Shown here: in pieces, positions 60,281 through 64,000 of the stretch
How positions within the stretch are numbered: position 1 is the first letter of the stretch
Layout of the letters: every line of letters starts with the position of its first letter
Source: Propionivibrio sp.
Lineage (GTDB): Bacteria; Pseudomonadota; Gammaproteobacteria; Burkholderiales; Rhodocyclaceae
NCBI RefSeq assembly: GCF_016705685.1
Contig: NZ_JADJLB010000003.1
Length of the DNA stretch: 64,000 nt
Reading direction: 5' to 3' (one strand)
Translations under genes and position numbers: made by a program
The notes under the pieces: model-generated
What the model was told of the DNA's origin: nothing
Seen by the model: the letters and a program-made list of their open reading frames with translations, nothing else
The model's database searches: none

Positions 60281-62386
60281 TCAGGGCTTGAGCAACTCGA
60301 TCAATTCACTTTGCGCACAGCGCGGTTTGCTGCGCGGGCTGCGGCGCAAGCGGTAGCTGCCGTTGGCATCCATCTCCCAGGACTGCTGGTTGTCGGCAAG
60401 ATAGATTTGCAGGCCTTCGGCAATGACCCGGCGCTTAAGCTTTTTGTCGAGAATCGGGAAGGCCAGTTCGATGCGGCGAAAGAAATTTCGCTCCATCCAA
60501 TCCGCGCTCGAGAGATAAACCTTTTCCTCGCCCCCGGCGTAAAAGTAGAACACCCGGTGATGCTCAAGCAAGCGGCCGATAATTGAGCGCACCCGGATAT
60601 TTTCCGACAGCCCCTTGATTCCTGGCCTCAATGCGCAAACACCGCGAACGATCAGGTCGATTTTTACCCCGGCTTGCGATGCCTCGTACAGCGCGCTGAT
60701 GATCCCGGGTTCGAGCAGCGAATTCATTTTGGCAATAATGCGGGCACGCCGGCCGGACCGGGCAGCGGCGGCTTCTGTATCAATCGCGGTCAGCAGGTTT
60801 TGCTGAAGAGAGAATGGTGCTTGCCAGAGATGCTTCAGCGATTGAGCCAGTCCGAGTCCGGTGAGCTGTTTGAATACTTCGTTCACGTCGGCGCCGATTT
60901 CTTCATTGCACGTGAGCAGCCCAAAATCGGAATAAAGGCGGGCAGTCTTCGGATGATAGTTGCCGGTTCCAAGATGCACATAGCGCCGCAGCAGACTGCC
61001 GGACTTGCCTTCTTCGCGACGCACGATCATCAGCATCTTGGCGTGCGTCTTGTAGCCGACGACGCCGTAGACGACATGGGCGCCAACCTGTTCCAGTTTG
61101 GTCGCCCAGCCGATATTGGCCTCTTCGTCGAAGCGGGCCATCAATTCGACGATGACCGTGACTTCCTTGCCGTTCTGCGCAGCGAGAATCAACGATTGCA
61201 TGAGCACGGAATCGGTTCCGGTGCGATAAACCGTCATCTTGATTGCGGCTACCTGCGGGTCGGATGCCGCACGATCGAGTAGCGAGATGACCGGGGAGAA
61301 GCTTTGGTAGGGATGGTGCAAAAGAATGTCGCTGGTGCGAATGTCTTCGAAGATGCAATTCCCTTTCTTCAGCGACTTGGGGAACCCTGGTCTGAAAGGC
61401 GCGAACTTGAGGTCGGCCCGCGCCACCCAATCCGGTATCTGCATCAGGCGCACCAGGTTGACCGGGCCGGGTACGCGATAAAGATCGGTTTCGCCCAGGT
61501 TGAACTGGGAAAGGAGAAAACTGGCCATGGCATCCGAACAGATGTCCGCCACCTCCAGGCGCACGCCGTCGCCAAAGTGCCGCTGCGGAAGCTCGCCCTG
61601 AATTTTGGCGCGCAGATTTTTCACTTCTTCTTCGTCGACGAAGAGGTTGCTGTTGCGCGTGACGCGGAACTGATAGCAACCGAGGACTTGCATGCCGGCA
61701 AACAGCTCGCCGACAAACGCGTGCAGAACGGAAGAGAAAAAAACAAAACCGTACTCGCAATCGCAGAGTTCTTGCGGCAGCCGAATAACGCGCGGCAAGA
61801 CGCGCGGCGCCTGGACGATGGCCGCTCCCGAGCTGCGTCCGAAGGCATCCTTGCCTTTCAGTTCGACAGCAAAATTAAGACTCTTGTTGAGTACGCGCGG
61901 GAAAGGGTGCGATGGATCGAGACCGATCGGCGTCAGTACGGGCATGACCTCTCTGAAAAAATAGTCCTTGATCCACTCGCGTTGCTCGGTGGTCCATGCC
62001 GAACGCCGCAGGAAGTAAATGCTTTCCTCGGCAAAGCGTGGAAGGATTTCGTCGTTGAGCAGGACATATTGCTCTTCAACCAGCGAGTGTGCTTCGTCGC
62101 TGACCAGACGGTAGGCGGCGCGAGCCGTCAGTCCGTCCGTGGTGACCGAAACGGAATTCAGTTTGACCTGTTCCTTCAGGCCCGCCACGCGGATTTCAAA
62201 GAATTCGTCGAGATTGCTGCTGACGATGCACAGGTAACGCAGTCGTTCGAGCAGCGGGATCAGCGGATTTCTGGCCTGCGACAACACCCGGCGGTTGAAA
62301 GCCAGGATGCCCAGTTCGCGGTTCAGGAAGTTCTCGGAAGGGAAGTGCGCTGCGGTGCCCTGCGCGATATCGGCAAGAAGATTCAT
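60281..62386 (-). CDS. ppk: polyphosphate kinase 1
   Basis: 701 aa. N-terminal FLNRELGILAFNRRVL...LERLRYLCIVSSNLDEFFEIRV and the two PLD-like HKD-type domains (KTHAKMLMIVRRE...; GRLLEHHRVFYF). Confidence 0.95.
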   Translation of the reverse strand: MNLLADIAQGTAAHFPSENFLNRELGILAFNRRVLSQARNPLIPLLERLRYLCIVSSNLDEFFEIRVAGLKEQVKLNSVSVTTDGLTARAAYRLVSDEAHSLVEEQYVLLNDEILPRFAEESIYFLRRSAWTTEQREWIKDYFFREVMPVLTPIGLDPSHPFPRVLNKSLNFAVELKGKDAFGRSSGAAIVQAPRVLPRVIRLPQELCDCEYGFVFFSSVLHAFVGELFAGMQVLGCYQFRVTRNSNLFVDEEEVKNLRAKIQGELPQRHFGDGVRLEVADICSDAMASFLLSQFNLGETDLYRVPGPVNLVRLMQIPDWVARADLKFAPFRPGFPKSLKKGNCIFEDIRTSDILLHHPYQSFSPVISLLDRAASDPQVAAIKMTVYRTGTDSVLMQSLILAAQNGKEVTVIVELMARFDEEANIGWATKLEQVGAHVVYGVVGYKTHAKMLMIVRREEGKSGSLLRRYVHLGTGNYHPKTARLYSDFGLLTCNEEIGADVNEVFKQLTGLGLAQSLKHLWQAPFSLQQNLLTAIDTEAAAARSGRRARIIAKMNSLLEPGIISALYEASQAGVKIDLIVRGVCALRPGIKGLSENIRVRSIIGRLLEHHRVFYFYAGGEEKVYLSSADWMERNFFRRIELAFPILDKKLKRRVIAEGLQIYLADNQQSWEMDANGSYRLRRSPRSKPRCAQSELIELLKP

Positions 62387-62559
62387 GGCCTCATTGAATC
62401 AGGAATAAGTGAGTCGTGCAAGAGCGTGATTCGGTTAAAGAAACGTGCGAATTTCCGAGTCCGGAACTTGAAATGCGGTGAGCCCAGAACTGCCTCGGAC
62501 AGGTGATGTGATCGTCGCGATGATAGAATGCCTCTCCATAAAATCAATGAAAGACAGGG

Positions 62560-64000
62560 AGTGCCGACTATGGGTTACGAACAGATCGCCGCAGTGGATC
62601 TTGGCTCCAACAGTTTCCGGATGCAGGTCGGTCGCGTTGTTGACGACCAGATTTACCCGCTCGATTCACTCAAGGAACCGGTTCGCCTGGCGTCTGGACT
62701 GACCCGGGAGAAAATGCTCGATGAAGCCGCGCAACAGCGCGCGCTGGAGACCCTGAGCCGATTTGGCGAGCGTTTGCGCGGATTTCAGCCCGACGCCGTG
62801 CGTGTGGTCGCGACCAATACCTTGCGCGTGGCTAAGAATGCCAAGTTGTTCATTCCACAGGCCGAATCCGCGCTGGGCTTCCCGATTGAAGTTATCGGCG
62901 GTCGCGAGGAAGCACGCCTGATCTATATCGGCGCCGCACATGCGCTCCCGCTGGTCAAGCACAAGCGCCTGGTCGTTGATATCGGTGGCGGTTCGACCGA
63001 ATTCATCATCGGCAAGAAATTTGATCCACTGGCGGTTGAATCGCTGTTCATGGGATGTGTCAGCTTCACGCTGCGGTTTTTTCCGGGCGGCAAGGTGGAC
63101 AAGAAGCGTTTTGCCGAGGCCGAAGTAATGGCCGCTCGGGAAATCCAGACAATCACCCAGGAATATCGTCGCATCGGCTGGACTGAAGCCGTCGCATCGT
63201 CCGGGACTGCGCGTGCCATTGCCGATCTGCTCGAATCCAACGGACTCAATCCAGACGGCCTCAGCGGGATTACCCGCGAAGGTCTGGGCAAGCTGCGCGC
63301 CTTGCTCATCCGTGCCGGCTCGGCGTCGGACCTGAAACTTGACGGTCTGAGCAGTGACCGGATTCCGGTCTTTGCCGGTGGCCTGGCGATCATGTCGGCG
63401 ATCTTTTCCGAACTGGACATCGAGCACATGACCTATTCCGATGGCGCCTTACGCCTCGGCGTGCTCTACGACCTGCTGGGGCGCTTTCATCGGCAGGATA
63501 TGCGCGATGCAACGGTGCAACAGTTCATGCTGCGCTACCAGGTGGATGCCCGCCAGGCGCGGCGAGTCGAGCAAACCGCACTCATGCTGTTCGGGCAACT
63601 GATCGACGTCGAGCAGCCCGAGAACGAGAGCGATGTCCGCTTTCTTCGCTGGTCCGTCTTGCTCCATGAAATTGGCATTTCGGTTGCGCATGGCGGTTTT
63701 CACAAGCATGGCGCTTACATCGTGACCTACGCCGACATGCCCGGATTTTCCAAGAAGGATCAGGAACGTTTGGCGCTGCTGATTCTCGGCCAGCGCGGCA
63801 AGCTGGAAAAATTGCCGTCAACGCCGGCTACAGACTCGATCTGGAGCCTGTTGTTCTGTCTTCGACTGGCGGCATTGCTGCACCGTTCGCGCGACGATCA
63901 GCCCTTGCCGGAGGTCCGGATCAAGGGCCCGGATTCGGGATTCCATATCGAACTTCCGCCCGACTGGTTGTCCGCCAATCCCTTGAGTGCTGCGGCGCTT
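62560..64000 (+). CDS. ppx: exopolyphosphatase Ppx (Ppx/GppA family), 3' end beyond the window
   Basis: From the ATG at 62560: MGYEQIAAVDLGSNSFRMQVGRVV...VVATNTLRVAKN...DIGGGSTEF...SSGTARA. The HD-like C-terminal domain (LLHEIGISVAHGGFHKHGAYIV) follows. Open to the window edge, so not in the ORF track. Divergent from ppk. Confidence 0.9.

Noticed and set aside
62387-62559. Pho box in the divergent ppk/ppx promoter
   Set aside because: I found no tandem CTGTCAT-like 7-mers at 11-bp spacing by eye. This needs a PWM scan before any claim.
1-64000. CRISPR arrays, rRNA genes, IS elements or transposases, toxin-antitoxin pairs and known multi-gene defence systems
   Set aside because: No regularly spaced repeats of 24-40 nt, no transposase or integrase ORFs and no rRNA-like sequence were seen on either strand. 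The only phased repeats are the three 9-mers at 6201-6253.

Overview
Chromosomal window of about 60% G+C from a betaproteobacterium. Gene order and content look Rhodocyclales-like (Dechloromonas/Azonexus/Accumulibacter-type), but the taxon is an inference. Most of the window is conserved core. There is a long syntenic housekeeping block (ndk-rlmN-pilW-rodZ-ispG-hisS-yfgM-bamB-der-hfq-hflXKC-DUF2065-hisZ-purA, 19.5-35.1 kb). There is a Rhodobacter-type dctSR/dctPQM TRAP dicarboxylate locus (13.5-19.4 kb). An assimilatory sulfate-reduction operon (tauE-cysI-DUF934-cysH-cysD-cysN) sits divergent from cysB (39.9-47.0 kb). A phosphate-polymer and stringent-response cluster (relA, ppgK, fructosamine-kinase-like, ppk1, ppx) occupies 56-64 kb, and a membrane H+/Na+-pyrophosphatase lies at 36.5-39.0 kb. 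Signalling genes are unusually dense: four GGDEF proteins (one with a hemerythrin domain, one with a CZB zinc-sensor domain, one fused HDOD-REC-GGDEF), a free bacteriohemerythrin, an MCP with an extra C-terminal domain, a FIST protein and a stand-alone HDOD protein. The clearest accessory DNA is a ~1.6 kb low-GC islet (6.04-7.65 kb) inserted at the 3' end of tRNA-Arg(CCU). It is bounded by a degenerate repeat of the tRNA 3' end and carries one gene, a wHTH-GHKL ATPase-STAS-like fusion, preceded by three TAAGTT(T/C)AC repeats spaced exactly 22 bp apart. The second main observation is six +/-1 frameshifts, all in or beside short homopolymer runs and all between 39.3 and 48.8 kb. They break cysD, cysI, cysB, an HDOD-REC-GGDEF gene (twice) and a hypothetical gene. 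No CRISPR array, rRNA, transposase or intact integrase was seen. Other candidates for undescribed biology are a co-directional lemA / GIDE-like EF-hand membrane protein / patatin trio and two hypothetical proteins flanking hppA.
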